From NCBI RefSeq assembly GCF_009914755.1, contig NC_060930.1: 64,000 nucleotides of DNA; one strand, written 5' to 3'. Below, piece after piece: positions 25,465-40,300 of the stretch. A program made the position numbers and the translations under genes. This DNA comes from the human T2T-CHM13v2.0 reference genome, Homo sapiens. Numbering within the stretch: position 1 is the first letter of the stretch; every line of letters begins with the position of its first letter. Below the pieces are notes generated by a model that ran no database searches, was not told where the DNA came from, and saw only the letters and a list, made by a program, of their open reading frames with translations.

Positions 25465-28400
25465 GTGATGTCTGCATTCAACTCACCGAGTGGAACATTC
25501 CTCTTGATAGAGCAGTTTGGAAACACTCTTTCTGTAGAATCAGCTTGTTTGTATTTGGACCTCCTTGAGGCCTTCATTGGAAACGGGTTTTCATCTCATA
25601 AACCCAGACAGAAGAATTCTCAGAGTCTTCTTTGTGATGTGTGCTTTCAACTCACCGAGATAAAGATTTCTCTTGATAGAGCAATTTGGAAACACTCTTT
25701 TTGTAGAATTTGCAAGGGTATATTGAGAGCGCTTTCAGGCCTATGGTAGAAAAGGGAATATCTTTCCATAAAAGGTAGACAGAAGCAATCTCAGAAACTA
25801 CTTTGTGATGTGTGCATTCAACTCACCGAGTGCAACGTTCCTCTTGACCGAGCAGTTTGGAAACATTGTTTCTGTAGAATCTGCAAGTGGATATTTGGAC
25901 CTCTTTGAGGCCTTCGTTGGAAACGGGATTTCTTCCTATAAACCCAGACAGAAGAATTCTCAGAGACTTCTTTGTGATGTGTGAATTCAACTCACAGTGT
26001 GGATCCTTCCTTTTGATAGAGCAGTTTTGAAACACTGTTTTTGTAGTATTTCCAAGCGGATATTTGGAACGCCTTGAAGCGTATGGTAGAAAAGGAAATA
26101 TCTTCCCATAAAACCTAGACAGAACCAATCTCAGAAACGACTTTGTGATGTCTGCATTCAAGTCACAGAGTTGAACATTTCTCTTGATAGAGCAGTTTTG
26201 AAACCCTCTTTCTGAAGGATCTGCAAGTGGATATTTGGAACTCCTTTGGGTCTTCGTTGGAAACGGGATTTCTTCGTATAAATCTACACAGAAGAATTCT
26301 CCGAAACTTCTTTGGTTGTGTGCATTCAAGTCACAGAGTGGAAAATTCCTTTGGATAGAGCACTTTGAAACGCTGTGGTTGTAGTATTTCCAAGCGGATA
26401 TTAGAGCGCCTTGAGGCCTATGGTAGAAAAGGAAATATCTTCCCATAAAACCTAGACGGAAGCAATCTCAGAAACTACTGTGTGATGGCTGCATTCCACA
26501 CACACGGTGGAATATTTCTCTTGATAGAGCAGTTTTGAAACACTCTTTCTGTAGAATCTGCAAGTGGATAATTGGACCGCCTTGAGGCCTTCGTTGGAAA
26601 CGGGATTTCTTCATGTTACTCTAGATAGAAGAATTCTCAAACACTGCTATGTGATGTTTGCATTCAAGTCACAGAGTGCAACATTCCTCTTGGTAGAGCA
26701 GTTGGGAAACACTCCTTTTGTAGAATCTGCAATGGGATATTTGGACTTCTTTGAGGCCTTCGTTGGAAACGGGATTTCTTCGTATGAATCTAGACAGAAG
26801 AATTCTCAGAAACTTCCTTGTGATGTGTGCATTCAACTCAGCGAGTGGCACCTTCCTTTGGATACAGCAGTTTTGAAACACTGTTTTTGTAGTATTTCCA
26901 AGCGGATATTTAGAGCGCCTTGAAGCCTATGCTAGAAATGGAAATATCTCCCCATAAAACCAAGACAGAAGCAATCTCAGAAACTAATGTGTGATGGCTG
27001 CATTCCACACACACGGTGGACCATTTCTCTTGATAGAGCAGTTTTGAAACACTCTTTCTGTAGAATCTGCAAGTGGATAATTGGACCTCCTAGAGGCCTT
27101 CGTTGGAAACGGGATTTCTTCATCTAAACCTACAGAGAAGAATTCTCAGTAACTTCTTCGGATGTGTGCATTCGACTCACAGAATGGAACATTCCCTTTG
27201 ATAGAGCAGTTTTGAGACACCGTTTTTGTAGAATTCCCAAGTGGATATTTAGAGCACTTTGAAGTCTCTGCTAGAAAAGGAAACATCTTCATGTAAAAAG
27301 TAGATAGAATCGTTCTCAGAAAGTGCTTAGTGACGTGTGCGTTCAACTCACAGAGTTTAACGTTTCTTTTGATAGAGCGTTTCTGAAACACCCTTCTTGT
27401 AGTAGCTGCAAGTGGATATTTGGACCTATTGGAGGCCTTCTTTGGAAATGGGATTTCTTCATGTAACTCTAGATTGAAGAATTCTCAGAAACTCCTTTGT
27501 GATGTGTGCATTCAATTCAAAGAGTGAAACCTCCCTTTTCACAGAGCAGTTTTGAAACACTGTTTTTGTAGGATTTCCAAGGGGATATTTATAGCGCATT
27601 GAGCCTACGGCGGAAAAAGAAACATCTTCCTATAAAAACTAGACAGAATAATTCTCAGAATCTGCTTTGCGATGTGTGCGTTCAACTCACAGAGTAAAAC
27701 TTTTCTTTTGATAGAGCAGTTATGAAACACTCTTTTTGTAGTATTTGCATGTGTATATTTAGAGCGCATTGAAGCCCACAGTAGAAAAGGAAATAACTTC
27801 ACCTAAAACCTAGACAGAAGCAATCTCAGAAACTACTTTGTGATGTGTACATTCAACTCACAGAGTGGAACTTTCCTCTTTATAGAGCAGTGTTGAAACA
27901 CTCTTTTTGAAGAAACTGCAAGTGGATATTTGGACCTCTTTGAGGCCTTCGTTGGAAACGGGATTTCTTCCTGTAACCCTAGACAGAAGAATTTTCAGAA
28001 ACCTCATTGTGATGTGTGCGTTCATCTCACAGAGTGGAGTCTTCCGTTTGATAGAGAAGTTTTGAAACCCTGTTCTTGTAGGATTTCCAAGTGGATATTT
28101 AGACCACTTTGAAGCCTATGATAGAAAAGGAAACATCTTCATGGAAAACATAGATAGAATCATTCTCAGAAACAACTTTGTGATGTGTGCGTTGAACTCA
28201 CCGTCTTTAACCTTTCTTTTGGTAGAGAAGTTTTGAAACACTCTCTTTGTAAAGTCTACAAGTGGATATTTTGAGCCCTTGGAGGCATTCTTTGGAAAAG
28301 GGAATGTCTTCACATAAAAGGCAGACAGAAGTGTTCTCAGAAACTGCTTTGTGATGTCTGTGTTCAACTCACAGAGTTTAACATTTCCTTTGATAGAGCG

Positions 28401-31400
28401 GTTTAGTAACCCTCTCTTTGTAGAATTTGGAAGTGTATACTAAGAGCGCTTTGAGGCCTATGGTAGAAAAGGAAATATCTTTCCATAAAAGCTAGACAGA
28501 AGCAATCTCAGAAACTCCTTTGTGATGTCTGCATTCAACTCACCGAGTGGAACATTCCTCTTGATAGAGCAGTTTGGAAACACTCTTTCTGTAGAATCAG
28601 CTTGTTTGTATTTGGACCTCCTTGAGGCCTTCGTTGGAAACGGGTTTTCATCTTATAAACCCAGACAGAAGAATTCTCAGAGTCTTCTTTGTGATGTGTG
28701 CTTTCAACTCACCGAGATAAAGATTTCTCTTGATAGAGCAATTTGGAAACACTCTTTTTGTAGAATTTGCAAGGGTACATTGAGAGCGCTTTCAGGCCTA
28801 TGGTAGAAAAGGGAATATCTTTCCATAAAAGGTAGACAGAAGCAATCTCAGAAACTACCTTGTGATGTGTGCATTCAACTCACCGAGTGCAACGTTCCTC
28901 TTGACCGAGCAGTTTGGAAACATTGTTTCTGTAGAATCTGCAAGTGGATATTTGGACCTCTTTGAGGCCTTCGTTGGAAACGGGATTTCTTCCTATAACC
29001 CCAGACAGAAGAATTCTCAGAGACTTCTTTGTGATGTGTGAATTCAACTCACAGTGTGGATCCTTCCTTTTGATAGAGCAGTTTTGAAACCCTGTTTTTG
29101 TAGTATTTCCAAGCGGATATTTGGAACGCCTTGAAGCGTATGGTAGAAAAGGAAATATCTTCCCATAAAACCTAGACAGAACCAATCTCAGAAACGACTT
29201 TGTGATGACTGCATTCAAGTCACAGAGTTGAACATTTCTCTTGATAGAGCAGTTTTGAAACCCTCTTTCTGAAGGATCTGCAAGTGGATATTTGGAACTC
29301 CTTTGGGTCTTCGTTGGAAACGGGATTTCTTCGTATAAATCTAGACAGAAGAATTCTCCGAAACTTCTTTGGTTGTGTGCATTCAAGTCACAGAGTGGAA
29401 CCTTCCTTTGGATAGAGCAGTTTGAAACGCTGTGGTTGTAGTATTTCCAAGCGGATATTAGAGCGCCTTGAGGCCTATGGTAGAAAAGGAAATATCTTCC
29501 CATAAAACCTAGACGGAAGCAATCTCAGAAACTACTGTGTGATGGCTGCATTCCACACACACGGTGGAACATTTCTCTTGATAGAGCAGTTTTGAAACAC
29601 TCTTTCTGTAGAATCTGCAAGTGGATAATTGGACCGCCTTGAGGCCTTCGTTGGAAACGGGATTTCTTCATGTTACTCTAGATAGAAGAATTCTCAAACA
29701 CTGCTATGTGATGTTTGCATTCAAGTCACAGAGTGCAACATTCCTCTTGGTAGAGCAGTTGGGAAACACTCCTTTTGTAGAATCTGCAATGGGATATTTG
29801 GACTTCTTTGAGGCCTTCGTTGGAAACGGGATTTCTTCGTATGAATCTAGACAGAAGAATTCTCAGAAACTTCCTTGTGATGTGTGCATTCAACTCAGCG
29901 AGTGGCACCTTCCTTTGGATACAGCAGTTTTGAAACACTGTTTTTGTAGTATTTCCAAGCGGATATTTAGAGCGCCTTGAAGCCTATGCTAGAAATGGAA
30001 ATATCTCCCCATAAAACCAAGACAGAAGCAATCTCAGAAACTAATGTGTGATGGCTGCATTCCACACACACGGTGGACCATTTCTCTTGATAGAGCAGTT
30101 TTGAAACACTCTTTCTGTAGAATCTGCAAGTGGATAATTGGACCTCCTAGAGGCCTTCGTTGGAAACGGGATTTCTTCATCTAAACCTACAAAGAATTCT
30201 CAGTAACTTCTTCGGATGTGTGCATTCGACTCACAGAATGGAACATTCCCTTTGATAGAGCAGTTTTGAGACACCGTTTTTGTAGAATTCCCAAGTGGAT
30301 ATTTAGAGCACTTTGAAGTCTCTGCTGGAAAAGGAAACATCTTCATGTAAAAAGTAGATAGAATCGTTCTCAGAAAGTGCTTAGTGACGTGTGCGTTCAA
30401 CTCACAGAGTTTAACGTTTCTTTTGATAGAGCGTTTCTGAAACACCCTTCTTGTAGTAGCTGCAAGTGGATATTTGGACCTATTGGAGGCCTTCTTTGGA
30501 AATGGGATTTCTTCATGTAACTCTAGATTGAAGAATTCTCAGAAACTCCTTTGTGATGTGTGCATTCAATTCAAAGAGTGAAACCTCCCTTTTCACAGAG
30601 CAGTTTTGAAACACTGTTTTTGTAGGATTTCCAAGGGGATATTTATAGCGCATTGAGCCTACGGCGGAAAAAGAAACATCTTCCTATAAAAACTAGACAG
30701 AATACTTCTCAGAATCTGCTTTGCGATGTGTGCGTTCAACTCACAGAGTAAAACTTTTCTTTTGATAGAGCAGTTTTGAAACACTCTTTTTGTAGTATTT
30801 GCATGTGTATATTTAGAGCGCATTGAAGCCCACAGTAGAAAAGGAAATAACTTCACCTAAAACCTAGACAGAAGCAATCTCAGAAACTACTTTGTGATGT
30901 GTACATTCAACTCACAGAGTGGAACTTTCCTCTTTATAGAGCAGTGTTGAAACACTCTTTTTGTAGAAACTGCAAGTGGATATTTGGACCTCTTTGAGGC
31001 CTTCGTTGGAAACGGGATTTCTTCCTATAACCCTAGACAGAAGAATTTTCAGAAACCTCATTGTGATGTGTGCGTTCATCTCACAGAGTGGAGTCTTCCG
31101 TTTGATAGAGAAGTTTTGAAACCCTGTTCTTGTAGGATTTCCAAGTGGATATTTAGACCACTTTGAAGCCTATGATAGAAAAGGAAACATCTTCATGGAA
31201 AACATAGATAGAATCATTCTCAGAAACAACTTTGTGATGTGTGCGTTGAACTCACCGTCTTTAACCTTTCTTTTGGTAGAGAAGTTTTGAAACACTCTCT
31301 TTGTAAAGTCTACAAGTGGATATTTTGAGCCCTTGGAGGCATTCTTTGGAAAAGGGAATGTCTTCACATAAAAGGCAGACGGAAGTGTTCTCAGAAACTG

Positions 31401-34400
31401 CTTTGTGATGTCTGTGTTCAACTCACAGAGTTTAACATTTCCTTTGATAGAGCGGTTTAGTAACCCTCTCTTTGTAGAATTTGGAAGTGTATACTAAGAG
31501 CGCTTTGAGGCCTATGGTAGAAAAGGAAATATCTTTCCATAAAAGCTAGACAGAAGCAATCTCAGAAACTCCTTTGTGATGTCTGCATTCAACTCACCGA
31601 GTGGAACATTCCTCTTGATAGAGCAGTTTGGAAACACTCTTTCTGTAGAATCAGCTTGTTTGTATTTGGACCTCCTTGAGGCCTTCATTGGAAACGGGTT
31701 TTCATCTTATAAACCCAGACAGAAGAATTCTCAGAGTCTTCTTTGTGATGTGTGCTTTCAACTCACCGAGATAAAGATTTCTCTTGATAGAGCAATTTGG
31801 AAACACTCTTTTTGTAGAATTTGCAAGGGTACATTGAGAGCGCTTTCAGGCCTATGGTAGAAAAGGGAATATCTTTCCATAAAAGGTAGACAGAAGCAAT
31901 CTCAGAAACTACTTTGTGATGTGTGCATTCAACTCACCGAGTGCAACGTTCCTCTTGACCGAGCAGTTTGGAAACATTGTTTCTGTAGAATCTGCAAGTG
32001 GATATTTGGACCTCTTTGAGGCCTTCGTTGGAAACGGGATTTCTTCCTATACACCCAGACAGAAGAATTCTCAGAGACTTCTTTGTGATGTGTGAATTCA
32101 ACTCCAGTGTGGATCCTTCCTTTTGATAGAGCAGTTTTGAAACACTGTTTTTGTAGTATTTCCAAGCGGATATTTGGAACGCCTTGAAGCGTATGGTAGA
32201 AAAGGAAATATCTTCCCATAAAACCTAGACAGAACCAATCTCAGAAACGACTTTGTGATGTCTGCATTCAAGTCACAGAGTTGAACATTTCTCTTGATAG
32301 AGCAGTTTTGAAACCCTCTTTCTGAAGGATCTGCAAGTGGATATTTGGAACTCCTTTGGGTCTTCGTTGGAAACGGGATTTCTTCGTATAAATCTAGACA
32401 GAAGAATTCTCCGAAACTTCTTTGGTTGTGTGCATTCAAGTCACAGAGTGGAAAATTCCTTTGGATAGAGCACTTTGAAACGCTGTGGTTGTAGTATTTC
32501 CAAGCGGATATTAGAGCGCCTTGAGGCCTATGGTAGAAAAGGAAATATCTTCCCATAAAACCTAGACGGAAGCAATCTCAGAAACTACTGTGTGATGGCT
32601 GCATTCCACACACACGGTGGAACATTTCTCTTGATAGAGCAGTTTTGAAACACTCTTTCTGTAGAATCTGCAAGTGGATAATTGGACCGCCTTGAGCCCT
32701 TCGTTGGAAACGGGATTTCTTCATGTTACTCTAGATAGAAGAATTCTCAAACACTGCTATGTGATGTTTGCATTCAAGTCACAGAGTGCAACATTCCTCT
32801 TGGTAGAGCAGTTGGGAAACACTCCTTTTGTAGAATCTGCAATGGGATATTTGGACTTCTTTGAGGCCTTCGTTGGAAACGGGATTTCTTCGTATGAATC
32901 TAGACAGAAGAATTCTCAGAAACTTCCTTGTGATGTGTGCATTCAACTCAGCGAGTGGCACCTTCCTTTGGATACAGCAGTTTTGAAACACTGTTTTTGT
33001 AGTATTTCCAAGCGGATATTTAGAGCGCCTTGAAGCCTATGCTAGAAATGGAAATATCTCCCCATAAAACCAAGACAGAAGCAATCTCAGAAACTAATGT
33101 GTGATGGCTGCATTCCACACACACGGTGGACCATTTCTCTTGATAGAGCAGTTTTGAAACACTCTTTCTGTAGAATCTGCAAGTGGATAATTGGACCTCC
33201 TAGAGGCCTTCGTTGGAAACGGGATTTCTTCATCTAAACCTACAGAGAAGAATTCTCAGTAACTTCTTCGGATGTGTGCATTCGACTCACAGAATGGAAC
33301 ATTCCCTTTGATAGAGCAGTTTTGAGACACCGTTTTTGTAGAATTCCCAAGTGGATATTTAGAGCACTTTGAAGTCTCTGCTAGAAAAGGAAACATCTTC
33401 ATGTAAAAAGTAGATAGAATCGTTCTCAGAAAGTGCTTAGTGACGTGTGCGTTCAACTCACAGAGTTTAACGTTTCTTTTGATAGAGCGTTTCTGAAACA
33501 CCCTTCTTGTAGTAGCTGTAAGTGGATATTTGGACCTATTGGAGGCCTTCTTTGGAAATGGGATTTCTTCATGTAACTCTAGATTGAAGAATTCTCAGAA
33601 ACTCCTTTGTGATGTGTGCATTCAATTCAAAGAGTGAAACCTCCCTTTTCACAGAGCAGTTTTGAAACACTGTTTTTGTAGGATTTCCAAGGGGATATTT
33701 ATAGCGCATTGAGCCTACGGCGGAAAAAGAAACATCTTCCTATAAAAACTAGACAGAATACTTCTCAGAATCTGCTTTGCGATGTGTGCGTTCAACTCAC
33801 AGAGTAAAACTTTTCTTTTGATAGAGCAGTTTTGAAACACTCTTTTTGTAGTATTTGCATGTGTATATTTAGAGCGCATTGAATCCCACAGTAGAAAAGG
33901 AAATAACTTCACCTAAAACCTAGACAGAAGCAATCTCAGAAACTACTTTGTGATGTGTACATTCAACTCACAGAGTGGAACTTTCCTCTTTATAGAGCAG
34001 TGTTGAAACACTCTTTTTGTAGAAACTGCAAGTGGATATTTGGACCTCTTTGAGGCCTTCGTTGGAAACGGGATTTCTTCCTATAACCCTAGACAGAAGA
34101 ATTTTCAGAAACCTCATTGTGATGTGTGCGTTCATCTCACAGAGTGGAGTCTTCCGTTTGATAGAGAAGTTTTGAAACCCTGTTCTTGTAGGATTTCCAA
34201 GTGGATATTTAGACCACTTTGAAGCCTATGATAGAAAAGGAAACATCTTCATGGAAAACATAGATAGAATCATTCTCAGAAACAACTTTGTGATGTGTGC
34301 GTTGAACTCACCGTCTTTAACCTTTCTTTTGGTAGAGAAGTTTTGAAACACTCTCTTTGTAAAGTCTACAAGTGGATATTTTGAGCCCTTGGAGGCATTC

Positions 34401-34631
34401 TTTGGAAAAGGGAATGTCTTCACATAAAAGGCAGACAGAAGTGTTCTCAGAAACTGCTTTGTGATGTCTGTGTTCAACTCACAGAGTTTAACATTTCCTT
34501 TGATAGAGCGGTTTAGTAACCCTCTCTTTGTAGAATTTGGAAGTGTATACCAAGAGCGCTTTGAGGCCTATGGTAGAAAAGGAAATATCTTTCCATAAAA
34601 GCTAGACAGAAGCAATCTCAGAAACTCCTTT
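25465..34631 (+). repeat. Three 18-mer HOR copies (3057, 3054, 3056 bp)
   Basis: Anchors at 25465, 28522, 31576, 34632. A 3-bp deletion lies near 30191 and a 1-bp deletion near 32105. Confidence 0.95.
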
Positions 34632-37353
34632 GTGATGTCTGCATTCAACTCACCGAGTGGAACATTCCTCTTGAGAGAGCAGTTTGGAAACACTCTTTCT
34701 GTAGAATCAGCTTGTTTGTATTTGGACCTCCTTGAGGCCTTCGTTGGAAACGGGTTTTCATCTTATAAACCCAGACAGAAGAATTCTCAGAGTCTTCTTT
34801 GTGATGTGTGCTTTCAACTCACCGAGATAAAGATTTCTCTTGATAGAGCAATTTGGAAACACTCTTTTTGTAGAATTTGCAAGGGTACATTGAGAGCGCT
34901 TTCAGGCCTATGGTAGAAAAGGGAATATCTTTCCATAAAAGGTAGACAGAAGCAATCTCAGAAACTACTTTGTGATGTGTGCATTCAACTCACCGAGTGC
35001 AACGTTCCTCTTGACCGAGCAGTTTGGAAACATTGTTTCTGTAGAATCTGCAAGTGGATATTTGGACCTCTTTGAGGCCTTCGTTGGAAACGGGATTTCT
35101 TCCTATAAACCCAGACAGAAGAATTCTCAGAGACTTCTTTGTGATGTGTGAATTCAACTCACAGTGTGGATCCTTCCTTTTGATAGAGCAGTTTTGAAAC
35201 ACTGTTTTTGTAGTATTTCCAAGCGGATATTTGGAACGCCTTGAAGCGTATGGTAGAAAAGGAAATATCTTCCCATAAAACCTAGACAGAACCAATCTCA
35301 GAAACTACTGAGTGATGGCTGCATTCCACACACACACGGTGGAACATTTCTCTTGATAGAGCAGTTTTGAAACACTCTTTCTGTAGAATCTGCAAGTGGA
35401 TTATTGGACCACCTTGAGGCCTTCGTTGGAAACGGGATTTCTTCATGTTACTCTAGATAGAAGAATTCTCAAACACTGCTATGTGATGTTTGCATTCAAG
35501 TCACAGAGTGCAACATTCCTCTTGGTAGAGCAGTTGGGAAACACTCCTTTTGTAGAATCTGCAATGGGATATTTGGACTTCTTTGAGGCCTTCGTTGGAA
35601 ACGGGATTTCTTCGTATGAATCTAGACAGAAGAATTCTCAGAAACTTCCTTGTGATGTGTGCATTCAACTCAGCGAGTGGCACCTTCCTTTGGATACAGC
35701 AGTTTTGAAACACTGTTTTTGTAGTATTTCCAAGCGGATATTTAGAGCGCCTTGAAGCCTATGCTAGAAATGGAAATATCTCCCCATAAAACCAAGACAG
35801 AAGCAATCTCAGAAACTAATGTGTGATGGCTGCATTCCACACACACGGTGGACCATTTCTCTTGATAGAGCAGTTTTGAAACACTCTTTCTGTAGAATCT
35901 GCAAGTGGATAATTGGACCTCCTAGAGGCCTTCGTTGGAAACGGGATTTCTTCATCTAAACCTACAGAGAAGAATTCTCAGTAACTTCTTCGGATGTGTG
36001 CATTCGACTCACAGAATGGAACATTCCCTTTGATAGAGCAGTTTTGAGACACCGTTTTTGTAGAATTCCCAAGTGGATATTTAGAGCACTTTGAAGTCTC
36101 TGCTGGAAAAGGAAACATCTTCATGTAAAAAGTAGATAGAATCGTTCTCAGAAAGTGCTTAGTGACGTGTGCGTTCAACTCACAGAGTTTAACGTTTCTT
36201 TTGATAGAGCGTTTCTGAAACACCCTTCTTGTAGTAGCTGCAAGTGGATATTTGGACCTATTGGAGGCCTTCTTTGGAAATGGGATTTCTTCATGTAACT
36301 CTAGATTGAAGAATTCTCAGAAACTCCTTTGTGATGTGTGCATTCAATTCAAAGAGTGAAACCTCCCTTTTCACAGAGCAGTTTTGAAACACTGTTTTTG
36401 TAGGATTTCCAAGGGGATATTTATAGCGCATTGAGCCTACGGCGGAAAAAGAAACATCTTCCTATAAAAACTAGACAGAATACTTCTCAGAATCTGCTTT
36501 GCGATGTGTGCGTTCAACTCACAGAGTAAAACTTTTCTTTTGATAGAGCAGCTTTGAAACACTCTTTTTGTAGTATTTGCATGTGTATATTTAGAGCGCA
36601 TTGAAGCCCACAGTAGAAAAGGAAATAACTTCACCTAAAACCTAGACAGAAGCAATCTCAGAAACTACTTTGTGATGTGTACATTCAACTCACAGAGTGG
36701 AACTTTCCTCTTTATAGAGCAGTGTTGAAACACTCTTTTTGTAGAAACTGCAAGTGGATATTTGGACCTCTTTGAGGCCTTCGTTGGAAACGGGATTTCT
36801 TCCTGTAACCCTAGACAGAAGAATTTTCAGAAACCTCATTGTGATGTGTGCGTTCATCTCACAGAGTGGAGTCTTCCGTTTGATAGAGAAGTTTTGAAAC
36901 CCTGTTCTTGTAGGATTTCCAAGTGGATATTTAGACCACTTTGAAGCCTATGATAGAAAAGGAAACATCTTCATGGAAAACATAGATAGAATCATTCTCA
37001 GAAACAACTTTGTGATGTGTGCGTTGAACTCACCGTCTTTAACCTTTCTTTTGGTATAGAAGTTTTGAAACACTCTCTTTGTAAAGTCTACAAGTGGATA
37101 TTTTGAGCCCTTGGAGGCATTCTTTGGAAAAGGGAATGTCTTCACATAAAAGGCAGACAGAAGTGTTCTCAGAAACTGCTTTGTGATGTCTGTGTTCAAC
37201 TCACAGAGTTTAACATTTCCTTTGATAGAGCGGTTTAGTAACCCTCTCTTTGTAGAATTTGGAAGTGTATACTAAGAGCGCTTTGAGGCCTATGGTAGAA
37301 AAGGAAATATCTTTCCATAAAAGCTAGACAGAAGCAATCTCAGAAACTCCTTT
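34632..37353 (+). repeat. 16-mer variant HOR, junction type A, with an extra CA (2722 bp)
   Basis: Junction at 35293-35305; CCACACACACACGG at ~35326-35339. Confidence 0.95.
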
Positions 37354-40300
37354 GTGATGTCTGCATTCAACTCACCGAGTGGAACATTCCTCTTGATAGA
37401 GCAGTTTGGAAACACTCTTTCTGTAGAATCAGCTTGTTTGTATTTGGACCTCCTTGAGGCCTTCGTTGGAAACGGGTTTTCATCTTATAAACCCAGACAG
37501 AAGAATTCTCAGAGTCTTCTTTGTGATGTGTGCTTTCAACTCACCGAGATAAAGATTTCTCTTGATAGAGCAATTTGGAAACACTCTTTTTGTAGAATTT
37601 GCAAGGGTACATTGAGAGCGCTTTCAGGCCTATGGTAGAAAAGGGAATATCTTTCCATAAAAGGTAGACAGAAGCAATCTCAGAAACTACCTTGTGATGT
37701 GTGCATTCAACTCACCGAGTGCAACGTTCCTCTTGACCGAGCAGTTTGGAAACATTGTTTCTGTAGAATCTGCAAGTGGATATTTGGACCTCTTTGAGGC
37801 CTTCGTTGGAAACGGGATTTCTTCCTATAACCCCAGACAGAAGAATTCTCAGAGACTTCTTTGTGATGTGTGAATTCAACTCACAGTGTGGATCCTTCCT
37901 TTTGATAGAGCAGTTTTGAAACCCTGTTTTTGTAGTATTTCCAAGCGGATATTTGGAACGCCTTGAAGCGTATGGTAGAAAAGGAAATATCTTCCCATAA
38001 AACCTAGACAGAACCAATCTCAGAAACGACTTTGTGATGACTGCATTCAAGTCACAGAGTTGAACATTTCTCTTGATAGAGCAGTTTTGAAACCCTCTTT
38101 CTGAAGGATCTGCAAGTGGATATTTGGAACTCCTTTGGGTCTTCGTTGGAAACGGGATTTCTTCGTATAAATCTAGACAGAAGAATTCTCCGAAACTTCT
38201 TTGGTTGTGTGCATTCAAGTCACAGAGTGGAACCTTCCTTTGGATAGAGCAGTTTGAAACGCTGTGGTTGTAGTATTTCCAAGCGGATATTAGAGCGCCT
38301 TGAGGCCTATGGTAGAAAAGGAAATATCTTCCCATAAAACCTAGACGGAAGCAATCTCAGAAACTACTGTGTGATGGCTGCATTCCACACACACGGTGGA
38401 ACATTTCTCTTGATAGAGCAGTTTTGAAACACTCTTTCTGTAGAATCTGCAAGTGGATAATTGGACCGCCTTGAGGCCTTCGTTGGAAACGGGATTTCTT
38501 CATGTTACTCTAGATAGAAGAATTCTCAAACACTGCTATGTGATGTTTGCATTCAAGTCACAGAGTGCAACATTCCTCTTGGTAGAGCAGTTGGGAAACA
38601 CTCCTTTTGTAGAATCTGCAATGGGATATTTGGACTTCTTTGAGGCCTTCGTTGGAAACGGGATTTCTTCGTATGAATCTAGACAGAAGAATTCTCAGAA
38701 ACTTCCTTGTGATGTGTGCATTCAACTCAGCGAGTGGCACCTTCCTTTGGATACAGCAGTTTTGAAACACTGTTTTTGTAGTATTTCCAAGCGGATATTT
38801 AGAGCGCCTTGAAGCCTATGCTAGAAATGGAAATATCTCCCCATAAAACCAAGACAGAAGCAATCTCAGAAACTAATGTGTGATGGCTGCATTCCACACA
38901 CACGGTGGACCATTTCTCTTGATAGAGCAGTTTTGAAACACTCTTTCTGTAGAATCTGCAAGTGGATAATTGGACCTCCTAGAGGCCTTCGTTGGAAACG
39001 GGATTTCTTCATCTAAACCTACAAAGAATTCTCAGTAACTTCTTCGGATGTGTGCATTCGACTCACAGAATGGAACATTCCCTTTGATAGAGCAGTTTTG
39101 AGACACCGTTTTTGTAGAATTCCCAAGTGGATATTTAGAGCACTTTGAAGTCTCTGCTGGAAAAGGAAACATCTTCATGTAAAAAGTAGATAGAATCGTT
39201 CTCAGAAAGTGCTTAGTGACGTGTGCGTTCAACTCACAGAGTTTAACGTTTCTTTTGATAGAGCGTTTCTGAAACACCCTTCTTGTAGTAGCTGCAAGTG
39301 GATATTTGGACCTATTGGAGGCCTTCTTTGGAAATGGGATTTCTTCATGTAACTCTAGATTGAAGAATTCTCAGAAACTCCTTTGTGATGTGTGCATTCA
39401 ATTCAAAGAGTGAAACCTCCCTTTTCACAGAGCAGTTTTGAAACACTGTTTTTGTAGGATTTCCAAGGGGATATTTATAGCGCATTGAGCCTACGGCGGA
39501 AAAAGAAACATCTTCCTATAAAAACTAGACAGAATACTTCTCAGAATCTGCTTTGCGATGTGTGCGTTCAACTCACAGAGTAAAACTTTTCTTTTGATAG
39601 AGCAGTTTTGAAACACTCTTTTTGTAGTATTTGCATGTGTATATTTAGAGCGCATTGAAGCCCACAGTAGAAAAGGAAATAACTTCACCTAAAACCTAGA
39701 CAGAAGCAATCTCAGAAACTACTTTGTGATGTGTACATTCAACTCACAGAGTGGAACTTTCCTCTTTATAGAGCAGTGTTGAAACACTCTTTTTGTAGAA
39801 ACTGCAAGTGGATATTTGGACCTCTTTGAGGCCTTCGTTGGAAACGGGATTTCTTCCTATAACCCTAGACAGAAGAATTTTCAGAAACCTCATTGTGATG
39901 TGTGCGTTCATCTCACAGAGTGGAGTCTTCCGTTTGATAGAGAAGTTTTGAAACCCTGTTCTTGTAGGATTTCCAAGTGGATATTTAGACCACTTTGAAG
40001 CCTATGATAGAAAAGGAAACATCTTCATGGAAAACATAGATAGAATCATTCTCAGAAACAACTTTGTGATGTGTGCGTTGAACTCACCGTCTTTAACCTT
40101 TCTTTTGGTAGAGAAGTTTTGAAACACTCTCTTTGTAAAGTCTACAAGTGGATATTTTGAGCCCTTGGAGGCATTCTTTGGAAAAGGGAATGTCTTCACA
40201 TAAAAGGCAGACGGAAGTGTTCTCAGAAACTGCTTTGTGATGTCTGTGTTCAACTCACAGAGTTTAACATTTCCTTTGATAGAGCGGTTTAGTAACCCTC

